The notes: generated by a model from the sequence alone, not told the origin. 64,000 nucleotides of DNA from Candidatus Neomicrothrix sp. (GCA_017852795.1 JAFMKU010000002.1:9221-73220); one strand, 5' to 3'; positions 48,394-58,631 are shown, counted from the first letter of the stretch. Made by a program: numbers and translations.

Positions 48394-49656
48394 ATGCCCT
48401 CGTCTCTTGGTTCCTCGGTTAGTCGTCGTCTCCGGTTGCTTGTCGTTGCGTTGCTGTGCTCCGCGGTGGTGCTCGTAGGGGCCTGTGGTGGTGGCGGCGA
48501 TGACCCCGCCGAAGACGAGTCGGAAACGTCAGCGGAGTCGACGACCTCAACCACCTCCAAGGCTCCGGAACCTGAACTGCCGCCGGGACCGCCAACCACT
48601 CGCGGACCGGCCCCCGAGTTGGTCGTTGAACCGATCGGCTCGATGGGGTCGATCACGGTTATCGCCGGTGATCCGATCTACCACGGTGTGCTCGGTCAAC
48701 TCGCAACCGACCGAAACGTCGTCGCGGCGGCTGCGCTTCCTCCCGCCCCAGTCGCGAACGGTGTTTCCCCGCTGACCGGTCTACCGCTGGCCGATCCGTC
48801 GGTTGCGAGTCGCCCTGCGATCGTGGCCAAGGTTGACAACACCAACAAAGGCCGTCCGCAGGCGGCGCTGAGCATGGCCGACATCGTGTACGTGACCGAA
48901 ATCGAAGGGGGCAGCACGCGGCTGGCTGTGGTGTTCCATTCGCAAACTCCCGGCGAGATCGGTCCGATCCGCTCCGGTCGAACCACCGATCTGACCGTCA
49001 CCGGCTCGTTGAACTCACCGATTTTCATCTGGTCGGGTGGCAACTCGGTGCATCGCGAACTTCTGCGCCGGTCTCCGCTGGTTGACTTGGGAGCGCTTCG
49101 TCGCAACGAGTACTACCGGGCGCCGGGTCGTCCCGGCACCTACGACCTGATGACCTCCGCACCTGAAATGTGGCAGATCGCAGCCGAGGCCAACGATGGT
49201 GGCGCCCCTCCCACGCATTTTGAGTTCCGTACCGACAAAGTCACGCTTCCACCGAGCGCCACCCCGGTAGCTACCGCGTCGCTGAACTATCCGAGTGCTT
49301 CGGCTAGTTGGAGTTGGGATGCTGCGGCTCGGGTGTTCCGCCGCACCCAAAGCGACAAGGTGTACGTCGACGACGCGGGGGTGCAGATCGGTGCCGCCAA
49401 CGTGCTGATCGCCGAAGTGCCGTCGGTGTTCACCGGCATGATCGACTCAGCCGGCACTCGGGTCGACGAGCAGTTGTTTGTTGGATCGGGACGAGGTTGG
49501 GTCCTCTCCGACGGTCACAAGATTGAGGTGACCTGGACCAAACCTTCGTTGGGTTCGGTGGCGACCTGGACGACCGCCGATGGCATCCCGGTTGCGATGC
49601 TGCCGGGGCAGACCTGGATTGAACTGATCGGCGCGGACCGGACGACGTTCGGGTAG
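48394..49656 (+). CDS. DUF3048-family lipoprotein
   Basis: Start moved to ATG 48394 (lipobox LVGACGG). PLTGLPL...RPAIVAKVDN...GGSTRLAVVF...IRSGRTTD is typical of DUF3048 (YerB-like) proteins. Confidence 0.75.
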   Translation: MPSSLGSSVSRRLRLLVVALLCSAVVLVGACGGGGDDPAEDESETSAESTTSTTSKAPEPELPPGPPTTRGPAPELVVEPIGSMGSITVIAGDPIYHGVLGQLATDRNVVAAAALPPAPVANGVSPLTGLPLADPSVASRPAIVAKVDNTNKGRPQAALSMADIVYVTEIEGGSTRLAVVFHSQTPGEIGPIRSGRTTDLTVTGSLNSPIFIWSGGNSVHRELLRRSPLVDLGALRRNEYYRAPGRPGTYDLMTSAPEMWQIAAEANDGGAPPTHFEFRTDKVTLPPSATPVATASLNYPSASASWSWDAAARVFRRTQSDKVYVDDAGVQIGAANVLIAEVPSVFTGMIDSAGTRVDEQLFVGSGRGWVLSDGHKIEVTWTKPSLGSVATWTTADGIPVAMLPGQTWIELIGADRTTFG

Positions 49657-49680
49657 GTCGTCTGGTTGGGGGAGTCCCCC

Positions 49681-50877
49681 TTAGAGCCGTTCGATGAGGG
49701 TGCCGGTTCCGAGCCCTCCACCGCAGCACATCGACACGATGGCGTAGCGACCGTTGCGCCGTTGCAGTTCGTGAACCGCTTTGGTGGTGAGAATGGCGCC
49801 GGTGCCACCCAGCGGGTGACCGAGGGCGATGGCGCCACCGTTGGGGTTGACCCGGTCCGGGTCGGCTCCGAGTTCTTTCTGCCAGGCCAACACCACCGAC
49901 GCGAAGGCTTCGTTGATCTCGAATAGGTCGATGTCGTCGATGGTCAGGTGGTTGTCGGCCAACAGCTTCCGGGTGGCGTCGATCGGTCCGGTAAGCATCA
50001 GCACCGGGTCGGTGCCGACCAGACAAACGTCAACGATGCGGGCTTTGGGAGTGACGCCGAGCTGGTCGGCTTTTTCGCGGGTCATCATGAGCACCGCACC
50101 CGCCCCGTCCGATACCTGACTGGAGGAACCCGCAGTGTGAACCCCGTCTTCGCGGGCGACCGGTTTGAGCGTCGCTAAACCGTCTCGGGTGGTTTCGCGC
50201 AACCCGCCGTCACGGCTGACGCTGATGGTCTCTTCGGTGGGGTTGCCGTCGGCATCAAGCACCGGCACGTCGACGGGAATGATCTGGGTAGCAAACGCCG
50301 ACTGTTCCCAGGCTTGAGCCGCAAGTTGCTGGCTGCGGTACCCGTACTGGTCGGTGTCGTCGCGGGTGATGCCCCACTGGGTGGCGATTCGTTCGGCACC
50401 TTCGAACTGTGAGGTGAATTCGTAATGCTCCCAGTACCGCTTGTTGACCGGTCGTCCGAAGTCCTTGTTGGTGGTGGTTGCCCCCATCGGAACCCGGCTC
50501 ATCAGCTCAACCCCGCACCCAACCGCGACGTCCACCACTCCGGCTTTGACCATGGCGTACGCCAAGTTGGTGGCCTGCTGAGACGAGCCACATTGGGCGT
50601 CCACGGTGGTTGCCGCCACCTCAAGGGGCAGTCCGGCGGCAAGCCAAGCGTTGCGGGTGACGTTCATGGTTTGCATCCCCACTTGGTCGACGCATCCACC
50701 AACGACCTGACCCACCTCGGCGGGGTTCACGCCGGTTCGGTCAAACAAAGCCTTTTGTACATCGCCGAGGAGGTTGATGGCGTGGGTAGACGCGAGTTCA
50801 CCGTTGCGCCTCCCGACGGGGCTGCGGACGGCATCGACAATCACGACTTCGCGGGCGTTGCTGGCTGGTTCGGTCAT
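49681..50877 (-). CDS. acetyl-CoA C-acyltransferase (thiolase)
   Basis: Start ATG 50877 (MTEPAS...VVIVDAVRSPVGR). Acyl-Cys region DAQCGSSQQA and C-terminal MCCGGGLGTG. Confidence 0.9.
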   Translation of the reverse strand: MTEPASNAREVVIVDAVRSPVGRRNGELASTHAINLLGDVQKALFDRTGVNPAEVGQVVGGCVDQVGMQTMNVTRNAWLAAGLPLEVAATTVDAQCGSSQQATNLAYAMVKAGVVDVAVGCGVELMSRVPMGATTTNKDFGRPVNKRYWEHYEFTSQFEGAERIATQWGITRDDTDQYGYRSQQLAAQAWEQSAFATQIIPVDVPVLDADGNPTEETISVSRDGGLRETTRDGLATLKPVAREDGVHTAGSSSQVSDGAGAVLMMTREKADQLGVTPKARIVDVCLVGTDPVLMLTGPIDATRKLLADNHLTIDDIDLFEINEAFASVVLAWQKELGADPDRVNPNGGAIALGHPLGGTGAILTTKAVHELQRRNGRYAIVSMCCGGGLGTGTLIERL

Positions 50878-50965
50878 GGCGCTGAGGTTAGAGGAGAAGC
50901 GGTTCCGATGTGCAGCCTGAAGGGTTTGTTCGCGGTTCACCGCCCAGACCTGCCACCATGGTCAA

Positions 50966-53239
50966 ATGTCGAACTCCGCGAACCCTGTTGATCGTGTCGT
51001 TTTTCGGACTTGCCCGCTCTGCGAAGCGACCTGCGGCCTGCAGATAGAAGTTCGCGATGGTGCGGTGGCGCGGATCCGGGGCGACCGCGACGATGTGTTT
51101 TCGCATGGCTTTCTCTGCCCGAAAGGTTCGACGCTTAAACAACTCCACGAAGATCCGGACCGTTTGCGACGCCCGCTGGTGCGGACCGGGGTTGGTTCGG
51201 ACGGGGAACCGATCTTTGGCGAGGTGAGCTGGGATGAGGCCTACGCGGTGGTTGCCGAGCGGTTGGCCGACATCCGTAGCCGGTACGGCAACGAGTCGAT
51301 CGGGGTGTATCTCGGTAATCCCAACGTCCACAATCTGGGAGCAGGAACCCACAACCGACCGTTTCTGAAAGCGTTAGGCGCACGTTCGATGTTTTCGGCC
51401 AGCACCGTCGATCAGATGCCTCGCCATGTCGCCTCCGGATACCTGTACGGCAGCGGTGGCTCCATGCCGGTTCCCGACCTGGACCGAACCGACCTGCTGG
51501 TGATCCTCGGTTCAAACCCGCTGGTTTCCAACGGCAGTATCTGTACCGCCCCCGGTTTTGGTGATCGCATGAAAGCCATTCAGGCTCGGGGTGGTCGAGT
51601 GATCGTGATCGATCCCAGCCGAACCGCGACCGCGGCGACCGCCGATCTGCATCTGGCGATTCGACCCGGTACCGACGCGGTGCTGCTGGCTGCGGTGGTG
51701 CGCCTGCTGCTGGCGGCGGGGCCTCTCCCCGAGACGCGAGTGTTGGCGTTGGTCGATGGGGTTGCGGAGCTTCGTGAATCGGTCGAGCCGTTCACCCCCG
51801 AACTGGCGGCCACGGTCTGTGGTGTGGAGGCCGCGTCGATCGTTGCGTTGGCGGCCGAGATTGGCGGGGCGACCCGGGCTGCGGTCCACGGTCGGCTGGG
51901 TACGACCACGGTGGAGTTCGGGACGTTGACCACCTGGTTGATCGACGTGGTGTCGATCGTGACCGGCAACCTTGACGAACCGGGGGGCGCCATGTTCCCG
52001 CGGTCAGCGACCGAACGGGTTCGCGCCGCTCGGCCCGGCCGCGACTATCAGGTCGGACGGTGGACAAGTCGAGTCAACGGCAACCCGGAGGTTCAGGGTG
52101 AACTCCCTGCCGCCGACCTTCCGGACGAAATCTTGGTTCCCGGTGACGGCCAGCTTCGGATGATGTTTACGGTGGCTGGCAACCCGGTTTTGTCTTGTCC
52201 GGATAGTCGCCGGATGGATGAGGCGTTGGCTGATGTCGAGGCGATGGTCAGCGTCGACATTTACCTCAACGAAACCACCCGCCACGCCGACGTGATCCTT
52301 CCTCCAGCCGACGCGCTCGAAAAGAGCCATTACGACCTGGCTTTTTACGGGTTGTCGATCCGTAACGTGGCCAACTATTCGCCCCCGGTCTTTGCCTCGG
52401 ATCAGCCTGCCGAGGACGAGATCATGGCCCGGCTGACGTTGCTCGCCCTCGGGATGGACGCCACCGACCCGAAGGTGGTTGATGACCAGTTGGTCGACCA
52501 GTTGTTGGCCAGCGAAGTCATCGCACCTGGTTCTCCGGTGTTCGGTCGGGACCCGGAGGAGTTAGCAGCCATGGTCACCGGGGAACGGGGCAGCGACCGG
52601 GTGCTTGATGTGCTGGTCCGCACCGGCGCCTACGGTGACGGTTTCGGGGCGGTGCCCGACGGGTTGAGTTTGGAATGGCTCCTAGCCCATCCGCACGGCT
52701 GTGACCTGGGGGCGTTGGAACCTCGACTTCCGGAGCTGATCAGCACCGCCTCGGGACGCATCAACTTGTTTGCCGGCCCGTTCGGCCCGGAGTTGGAGCG
52801 TTTGGCGCTTCGGGTTGGGGACTGGGCCAACGATGATCGCCTGCTGCTGGTTGGGCGTCGCCACCTGCGGTCCAACAATTCTTGGATGCACAATCTGGAG
52901 GTGCTGGTGCGGGGCCGGTCGCGCTGCACCCTTCAGGTCAACCCGGTCGATGCCGCGAAGCTGGGTTTGGTAAATGCGGGACAGGCTCGAGTTCGTTCCG
53001 AAGTGGGTGAGGTGGCGGTCGAAGTGGAGGTCACCGATGTGGTGATGCCGGGTGTTGTTTCGCTCCCGCACGGCTGGGGGCATGGGGTGGCGGGGACGAA
53101 AATGGCGGTGGCGGCCCGCTACGCCGGTGTGAACTCCAACCTTTTGACCGACCCGAGTGCGTTAGATCCGCTTTCCGGCACCAGCGTGTTGAACGCCATA
53201 CCGGTCGAGGTGGAGCTGGCCCACGAGCCGGGTCGGTAG
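50966..53239 (+). CDS. molybdopterin (bis-MGD) oxidoreductase
   Basis: N-terminal 4Fe-4S motif CPLCEATCG. 757 aa with MopB-like and C-terminal molybdopterin dinucleotide-binding domain-like regions. Confidence 0.82.
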   Translation: MSNSANPVDRVVFRTCPLCEATCGLQIEVRDGAVARIRGDRDDVFSHGFLCPKGSTLKQLHEDPDRLRRPLVRTGVGSDGEPIFGEVSWDEAYAVVAERLADIRSRYGNESIGVYLGNPNVHNLGAGTHNRPFLKALGARSMFSASTVDQMPRHVASGYLYGSGGSMPVPDLDRTDLLVILGSNPLVSNGSICTAPGFGDRMKAIQARGGRVIVIDPSRTATAATADLHLAIRPGTDAVLLAAVVRLLLAAGPLPETRVLALVDGVAELRESVEPFTPELAATVCGVEAASIVALAAEIGGATRAAVHGRLGTTTVEFGTLTTWLIDVVSIVTGNLDEPGGAMFPRSATERVRAARPGRDYQVGRWTSRVNGNPEVQGELPAADLPDEILVPGDGQLRMMFTVAGNPVLSCPDSRRMDEALADVEAMVSVDIYLNETTRHADVILPPADALEKSHYDLAFYGLSIRNVANYSPPVFASDQPAEDEIMARLTLLALGMDATDPKVVDDQLVDQLLASEVIAPGSPVFGRDPEELAAMVTGERGSDRVLDVLVRTGAYGDGFGAVPDGLSLEWLLAHPHGCDLGALEPRLPELISTASGRINLFAGPFGPELERLALRVGDWANDDRLLLVGRRHLRSNNSWMHNLEVLVRGRSRCTLQVNPVDAAKLGLVNAGQARVRSEVGEVAVEVEVTDVVMPGVVSLPHGWGHGVAGTKMAVAARYAGVNSNLLTDPSALDPLSGTSVLNAIPVEVELAHEPGR

Positions 53240-53303
53240 AGGGCGACGGAATTCTGTTCGGTGTGGTTGGCGCGTTGATGGCCCGAACAGGCACGCTGTA
53301 CCC

Positions 53304-54098
53304 ATGATCGATCCGAACCTTGACTTGTCGCAGGACTTTGCCGAGCGGCCCGGAACCGCATTGGTGGTGGGTGGCAGCGGCGGATTGGGCGCATCGATCG
53401 TCGAGGCGTTGATCGCTCGAGGCAGCGACGTGGCCTTGACGTTCCGGTCCAACGGCGATGCTGCCGACCGCCTGGCTCGTCAGGCCGGAGATCATCAGCG
53501 TCGAGCGTGGACGGTTCAGTTGGATCTGCGCAACCATGCGGGCTGCCGAGCCGCGGTTGATTCGGTGAGCGAAGACGCGGGCGGGATTCACACGCTGGTG
53601 TACGCGGCGGGTCCTCATGTTCCTCAGCGCCACCTGAGTCTGGTCTCGCCCGAGGAGGTTCGTGACCAACTCGAAGCCGACGCCGCCGGGTTCTTCGCGG
53701 TGGCCGTCGCCTGCCTCCCGCATCTGCGCCGTAGCGAAGGCAGCATCGTGGCGGTCACCACCGCAGCTACCGACCGTTACCCGGTTCGTGACGGCCTGTC
53801 GTCCATTCCCAAAGCCGCGGTTCAGGCCGCAGTTCGGGGAATCGCCGCCGAGGAGGGACGGTTCGGGGTTCGAGCGAATTCGGTAGGACCCGGCATGTTG
53901 ACCGACGGAATGGCCGAACGGTTGATGGCGTCCGGCGATCTCGACGACGAAGCGCTGGAGGTGGCCCGCCGCAACATTCCGCTTCACCGGTTTGGAGTAG
54001 CCGCGGACATCGCCGAAGCCGTGTGTTTCCTGGCGTCGCCCCGAGCCGGTTTCGTAAGCGGTCAGCATCTCAATGTTGACGGGGGCTTCACGGTCTGA
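53304..54098 (+). CDS. SDR family oxidoreductase
   Basis: VVGGSGGLGASI dinucleotide motif; C-terminal GQHLNVDGG. Confidence 0.8.
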   Translation: MIDPNLDLSQDFAERPGTALVVGGSGGLGASIVEALIARGSDVALTFRSNGDAADRLARQAGDHQRRAWTVQLDLRNHAGCRAAVDSVSEDAGGIHTLVYAAGPHVPQRHLSLVSPEEVRDQLEADAAGFFAVAVACLPHLRRSEGSIVAVTTAATDRYPVRDGLSSIPKAAVQAAVRGIAAEEGRFGVRANSVGPGMLTDGMAERLMASGDLDDEALEVARRNIPLHRFGVAADIAEAVCFLASPRAGFVSGQHLNVDGGFTV

Positions 54099-54124
54099 CC
54101 GTCGACGGCTAGCGTCCTGTCGTC

Positions 54125-54153
54125 TCGCGTTTCCAAACAGTTTTCGCGTTTCC
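54125..54153. repeat. direct repeat TCGCGTTTCC x2 (19-nt period) upstream of the acyl-CoA synthetase gene
   Basis: Copies at 54125..54134 and 54144..54153, followed by SD AAGGAGG and GTG 54166. Confidence 0.5.
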
Positions 54154-54165
54154 TAAGGAGGAACT

Positions 54166-55716
54166 GTGTACCCAGGTGCTCACGCTGCAACCCGTCCCGA
54201 TCATCCGGCGATCGTCATGGCCGGTTCGGGTGAAACGATCACGTTTGCCGAGTTGGATGAAGAAGCGAACCGGCTGAGCAACCTGTTTCGCGGCATCGGT
54301 CTCGAACCCGGCGATCACGTGGCGTTCTGCTTAGAGAACCATCCTCGGTTTCTCGCGATCTGCTGGGGTGCGCACTACGCGGGGTTGATCTACACCGCGA
54401 TGAGCAGCCGGCTGACCACCGAAGAAATGGCGTACATCATCGAGAATTGTGAGGCGAAGGCGTTCATCACCTCGCCCTACAAGGCCGATCAGGCCGCGGT
54501 GTTGTTGGACCAGATGCCTGACGTGGAACTGCGGTTGATGGTCGATTCGGTGATCGACGGCTACGACAGTTACGAAGATGCGGTGGCGGCTGCGTCGCCG
54601 GACCCGCTACCGGACCGGGTTGCCGGGCGCGACATGCTGTACAGCTCGGGCACCACGGGCCGACCCAAAGGAGTGCTGCCCACGGTGGTTCCGGAGCCGT
54701 TGGAAACCGCCGGGAGTGGAGTTGGCGGGCTCGGGGCGTTGTTGTTCGGGTTCAACGAGAACTCGCGGTATCTGTCACCGGCTCCGCTGTACCACGCAGC
54801 TCCGTTGCGTTTCTGCATGGGGATCCACATGAGTGGCGGCACGGTGGTGGTGATGGAACGGTTCGATCCTGAGGAGTATTTGCAGCTGGTCGAGACCCAT
54901 CAGATCACGGTGTCTCAGGTGGTGCCGACCATGTTTGTGCGGATGCTCAAACTCGATGAGCAGCAGCGCACCCGCTACGACGTGTCCTCGTTGCAGGCCT
55001 GTATCCACGCCGCGGCGCCCTGCCCGGTGGAGGTGAAACACAAGATGATCGACTGGTGGGGTCCGATCATCCATGAGTACTACGCCGGTACTGAAGGCAA
55101 CGGGTTCGTGTACTGCAACAGCGAGCAATGGTTAGCCCATCCGGGAACGGTGGGGGCTGCGGTGCTTGGGGTCATCCATATCTGTGATGACGAAGGTCAA
55201 GAAGTTGCGGTTGGCCAAGAGGGCACCGTCTACTTCGAAAGCGACACGGCGTTTGAGTACCACGGCGACCCAGAAAAGACCGCCGGTTCTCGGTTGGCGA
55301 ACGGTTGGTCCACGCTGGGTGACGTCGGCCGGGTCGATGAGGACGGGTTCTTGTATCTAACCGACCGCAAGGCGTACATGATCATTTCTGGCGGGGTGAA
55401 CATTTACCCGCAGGAAGCGGAGAACGTGCTGACCATGCACCCCAAGGTCGCCGATGTGGCCGTGATCGGGGTTCCCAACGACGACTTCGGTGAGGAGGTC
55501 AAGGGGGTGGTTCAGCCGGTGGAGATGCCCGCCGATGACGCCGCCGCGTCCCGGCTTTCGGCCGAGTTGATCGCCTACTGCAAAGAACACTTGGCCGATG
55601 TCAAGTGCCCCCGCACCATCGATTTCCGGGCCGAGTTGCCTCGTCATCCGACCGGCAAGCTCTACAAGCGTCTACTCAAAGACGAATACTGGGCCGCCTC
55701 AGGTCGTTCGATCTGA
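54166..55716 (+). CDS. AMP-dependent acyl-CoA synthetase/ligase (FadD-like)
   Basis: YSSGTTGRPKGV, YYAGTEG, and a C-terminal GKLYKRLL motif. Confidence 0.9.
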   Translation: MYPGAHAATRPDHPAIVMAGSGETITFAELDEEANRLSNLFRGIGLEPGDHVAFCLENHPRFLAICWGAHYAGLIYTAMSSRLTTEEMAYIIENCEAKAFITSPYKADQAAVLLDQMPDVELRLMVDSVIDGYDSYEDAVAAASPDPLPDRVAGRDMLYSSGTTGRPKGVLPTVVPEPLETAGSGVGGLGALLFGFNENSRYLSPAPLYHAAPLRFCMGIHMSGGTVVVMERFDPEEYLQLVETHQITVSQVVPTMFVRMLKLDEQQRTRYDVSSLQACIHAAAPCPVEVKHKMIDWWGPIIHEYYAGTEGNGFVYCNSEQWLAHPGTVGAAVLGVIHICDDEGQEVAVGQEGTVYFESDTAFEYHGDPEKTAGSRLANGWSTLGDVGRVDEDGFLYLTDRKAYMIISGGVNIYPQEAENVLTMHPKVADVAVIGVPNDDFGEEVKGVVQPVEMPADDAAASRLSAELIAYCKEHLADVKCPRTIDFRAELPRHPTGKLYKRLLKDEYWAASGRSI

Positions 55717-55756
55717 TTAAGGATGGGTGACCGGTTGACAACACCGGCACGGTTCC

Positions 55757-56623
55757 TTAGCCGTCGAGACCAAGCAGTCGAGCCGCGTTGCCGCGCAGGA
55801 ACTTGGGCCAGACGTCGTCGTTGAAGCCGACGTTGGTCATGTCGGTAAAGATCCGTTCCAGCGAAAGCCCCATCGGGAAGTAACCGGCGTACAGGACCTT
55901 GTCGGCACCTCGAGTGTTGGCGTAGTTGATGATCGCCTTGGGGTAATGCTTCGGAGCGAACGCCGACGTTGAGTAATGCAGCCCTGGCCATTTCAGCATC
56001 AACTTCACCATCAGGTTCTCCCACGGCTCGCAGCCATGCCGGGTGACCAGCGTGAGCTCAGGGAAGTCGTACATGACCTGATCAATACGTTCAACGAACT
56101 GGGGGCTCATCGGGAGTCGAGGTCCAGGGACACCAGCGCAGATGAAGATCGGAATGTCGAGCTCACAGCAGGTCGAGTAGATCGGGTAGAACTTCGGGTC
56201 GTCGATCGGCACCTGCGGAACGCATCCGGCTGGGAACGCGCCAACCGCACGAATATCCCATTCTTCTTTTTGGCGGCGGAGTTTGGCGACCTCACCGACC
56301 ACGTCGTTGGGGTCAACGTTGGCGGACGGAATGAACCGTTCCGGGTGTTGACGTAGCGCCCGCTGCGAAAGTTCCCCCTCGCATCCGATCAGTCCGTATT
56401 CGATGCCGAACCGGTCCATTTCTCCAAGGGTGACCGCGATCGGGTCGGAGTCGGTCCCGTAGAGCTCTTTGGGCACGTTTTTGAACATGTACTCAACCGG
56501 AAACTCGAAATCGGTTGACTCGGTGTCTTTGAGTTGGCCCCGGATGAAGTCGTACACCGCGAAGTCAGGTTCGGGGAATCCGATCATGCAGTCGATAGCC
56601 CCGATGTCTTTTGGCATGCCCAT
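55757..56623 (-). CDS. amidohydrolase-2 family protein, paralog B
   Basis: Start ATG 56623 (MGMPKDIGAIDCM, compare MGFPDNIGAIDTM in paralog A). Shared block VERIDQVMYDFPEL..VTRHGCEPWE...KLMLKWPGLHYSTSAF. Confidence 0.75.
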   Translation of the reverse strand: MGMPKDIGAIDCMIGFPEPDFAVYDFIRGQLKDTESTDFEFPVEYMFKNVPKELYGTDSDPIAVTLGEMDRFGIEYGLIGCEGELSQRALRQHPERFIPSANVDPNDVVGEVAKLRRQKEEWDIRAVGAFPAGCVPQVPIDDPKFYPIYSTCCELDIPIFICAGVPGPRLPMSPQFVERIDQVMYDFPELTLVTRHGCEPWENLMVKLMLKWPGLHYSTSAFAPKHYPKAIINYANTRGADKVLYAGYFPMGLSLERIFTDMTNVGFNDDVWPKFLRGNAARLLGLDG

Positions 56624-56685
56624 GGTCTGACCGTAACCGAGGTACGGGCTGTAGGACCAAAACGATGTGCCTCTACAGTGTTGGC

Positions 56686-58464
56686 ATGACTGCTTCCGAC
56701 TTCCGGTTCGACCCGGCAGAACCACCGGCCACCGAGGAAGATTGGCGTGAACTTGTCGATGGGGTGCTCAAGGGGCGCTCGTTCGATTCGGTGTTGGTGT
56801 CGTCAACCGCGGGTGGCCTTTCGATCGACCCGTTGTATGTCCCGGATGGTTCGTCTTCGGTTTCTGGGGTAGCCGACGATCACCGCCTGCGGTTTGGTTG
56901 GGATCTTCGCCAGCAGCACCGTGTCGGTGACCCAGCCGCAGTCTCGGTGGCGGTGCTCGACGATCTCAACGGTGGGGTGACTTCGATTGAGTTGTCGAGC
57001 GAGGAACCGCTCGACGTTTCGGTTTTGGCCGCGTGCCTTGACGGAGTGCTGCTTGATGTGGCGCCGGTTGCGCTTGCTCCTCACACCAACCGAGAGTCGG
57101 CTCACGCCCTGCTTGACTTGTTGGACAACGCCGGCGTTTCGGCCACGGCCGGGGCCTGGTTGGGGCTGGACCCGCTAGGTGAGTTCGCCCGCTCCGGTCA
57201 GCTTGGCGATGTGGACGCCGCCGCTGAGCTTGCGGTCGCGGCTCGGGCCGCAGCCCCGAACGTGGTGGCGTTCACGGTCGATACCTGCCGCTACGCCGAT
57301 GCCGGTGCGAGCGAAGTGGACGAGGTGGCCTGGATGCTGGCGACCGGTGTGGCCTACCTACGGGCCTTGGAATCGGCGGGTTGTTCGGTCGCCGACGCCG
57401 CGGCCACGATCGGGTTCCGCCTGTCAGCCGACGCTGATCAGTTCGTGACCATGGCGCGCCTTCGGGCGGCTCGTCAGCAGTGGTCGGCGGTGCTAACCGC
57501 CTGCGGGGTGGACCCGTCGGTGTCCCGGTTTCAGGCGGTCACGTCGGCTGCCATGTTCAGCCGCTGCAATCCGGCGGTCAACATTTTGCGAGCGACTTCT
57601 GCGACCTTTGCTGCGGGAGTCGCCGGGGTTGATGCGGTGACGGTGCTGCCGTTCGATGGCAGTGCCGACCCGCTCGCTCGACGGGTAGCCCGCAACCTGC
57701 AACACCTGCTGATCGACGAGTCGGGAATCAACCGGCTGGTCGACCCGGCGGGTGGTTCGGCGTTCATCGAGTCGTTGACGGCTCGCATCGCTGACGCGGC
57801 GTGGGCGGCGTTTCAACAAATCGAGTCCACTGGTGGCATGGCTTCGGCACTCACCGATGGCCGGGTCCGGGCTGCGGTGGACGAGGCTTGGAGTCGGGAG
57901 TTCCACGCGGTGGCTACCCGCCGCCAGGTGGTGACTGGCGTCTCGGAGTTCCCCGACCGCGAACCGGTGGGGCCGCATTGGGGGTCACCGGTCGATGCCG
58001 GGTTTCCGCTTCGTCGGCCCGCCGCCGTTTTTGAAGATCTGCGAAACGCGGCGGACACCGCCCGAGCTGTTGGCGCCACGGTGGCGGTGCAGGTTGTTGC
58101 ACTGGGGTCACTCGCTGAGCACACCGCCCGGTCCACTTGGGTGCAGAACCTGTTAGCGGTCGGTGGGATTGATGCGGTCGATAGCGAACACGACGGTGCC
58201 TCGTCGCCGCTGGAAGCCGCCGCTCGATATAGCGCGGGGGGTTTGTCGCTCGCCGTGATCTGTTCCAGCGACGAGGTGTACGACCAGCGAGCCGCAGCGA
58301 CCGCCACCGCGCTGAAACAAGCAGGGGCAACTTGGGTTGCCCTTGCCGGTCGTCGAGCCGACGCCGATGCGTTGCGAGCCGCGGGGGTTGACGCCTTCTG
58401 GCATGTTGGCGTCGACGTGGTGGACGTTTTGACCGATGTGCAACGACGGTTGGGGGTGCGCTGA
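56686..58464 (+). CDS. mutA: methylmalonyl-CoA mutase small (beta) subunit
   Basis: Start ATG 56686. MCM-fold sequence that lacks the DxHxxG B12 motif. Sits immediately upstream of mutB. Confidence 0.8.
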   Translation: MTASDFRFDPAEPPATEEDWRELVDGVLKGRSFDSVLVSSTAGGLSIDPLYVPDGSSSVSGVADDHRLRFGWDLRQQHRVGDPAAVSVAVLDDLNGGVTSIELSSEEPLDVSVLAACLDGVLLDVAPVALAPHTNRESAHALLDLLDNAGVSATAGAWLGLDPLGEFARSGQLGDVDAAAELAVAARAAAPNVVAFTVDTCRYADAGASEVDEVAWMLATGVAYLRALESAGCSVADAAATIGFRLSADADQFVTMARLRAARQQWSAVLTACGVDPSVSRFQAVTSAAMFSRCNPAVNILRATSATFAAGVAGVDAVTVLPFDGSADPLARRVARNLQHLLIDESGINRLVDPAGGSAFIESLTARIADAAWAAFQQIESTGGMASALTDGRVRAAVDEAWSREFHAVATRRQVVTGVSEFPDREPVGPHWGSPVDAGFPLRRPAAVFEDLRNAADTARAVGATVAVQVVALGSLAEHTARSTWVQNLLAVGGIDAVDSEHDGASSPLEAAARYSAGGLSLAVICSSDEVYDQRAAATATALKQAGATWVALAGRRADADALRAAGVDAFWHVGVDVVDVLTDVQRRLGVR

Positions 58465-58631
58465 TGCAAAAGCTGGAACAACTTGGCTGGCTGCTGTTTG
58501 TCGCCGGTTCAGCCGTGTTTGTGGCGGTTGGTGTGGTCAACGGTGATCTGCTCACGTTGACCGGTGGGCTGCTGTATCTGGTTGGTTGTATGGCGTTATT
58601 GAAGTCGTCACAGTTGGGGGGCCAGTCATGA
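58464..58631 (+). CDS. unannotated small membrane protein, 55 aa ([55 protein letters not shown])
   Basis: Its ATG overlaps the mutA stop (ATGA at 58462..58466), and its stop overlaps the mutB ATG (ATGA at 58628..58631). Two hydrophobic helices. Below the ORF-track size cutoff. Confidence 0.5.
   Translation: MQKLEQLGWLLFVAGSAVFVAVGVVNGDLLTLTGGLLYLVGCMALLKSSQLGGQS

Noticed and set aside
58586-58627. Upstream ATG 58586 as the mutB start ([21 protein letters not shown])
   Set aside because: MutB homology begins at MSAIPDF. ATG 58628 forms an ATGA junction with the small ORF, and the 14 extra residues lie inside that ORF in another frame.
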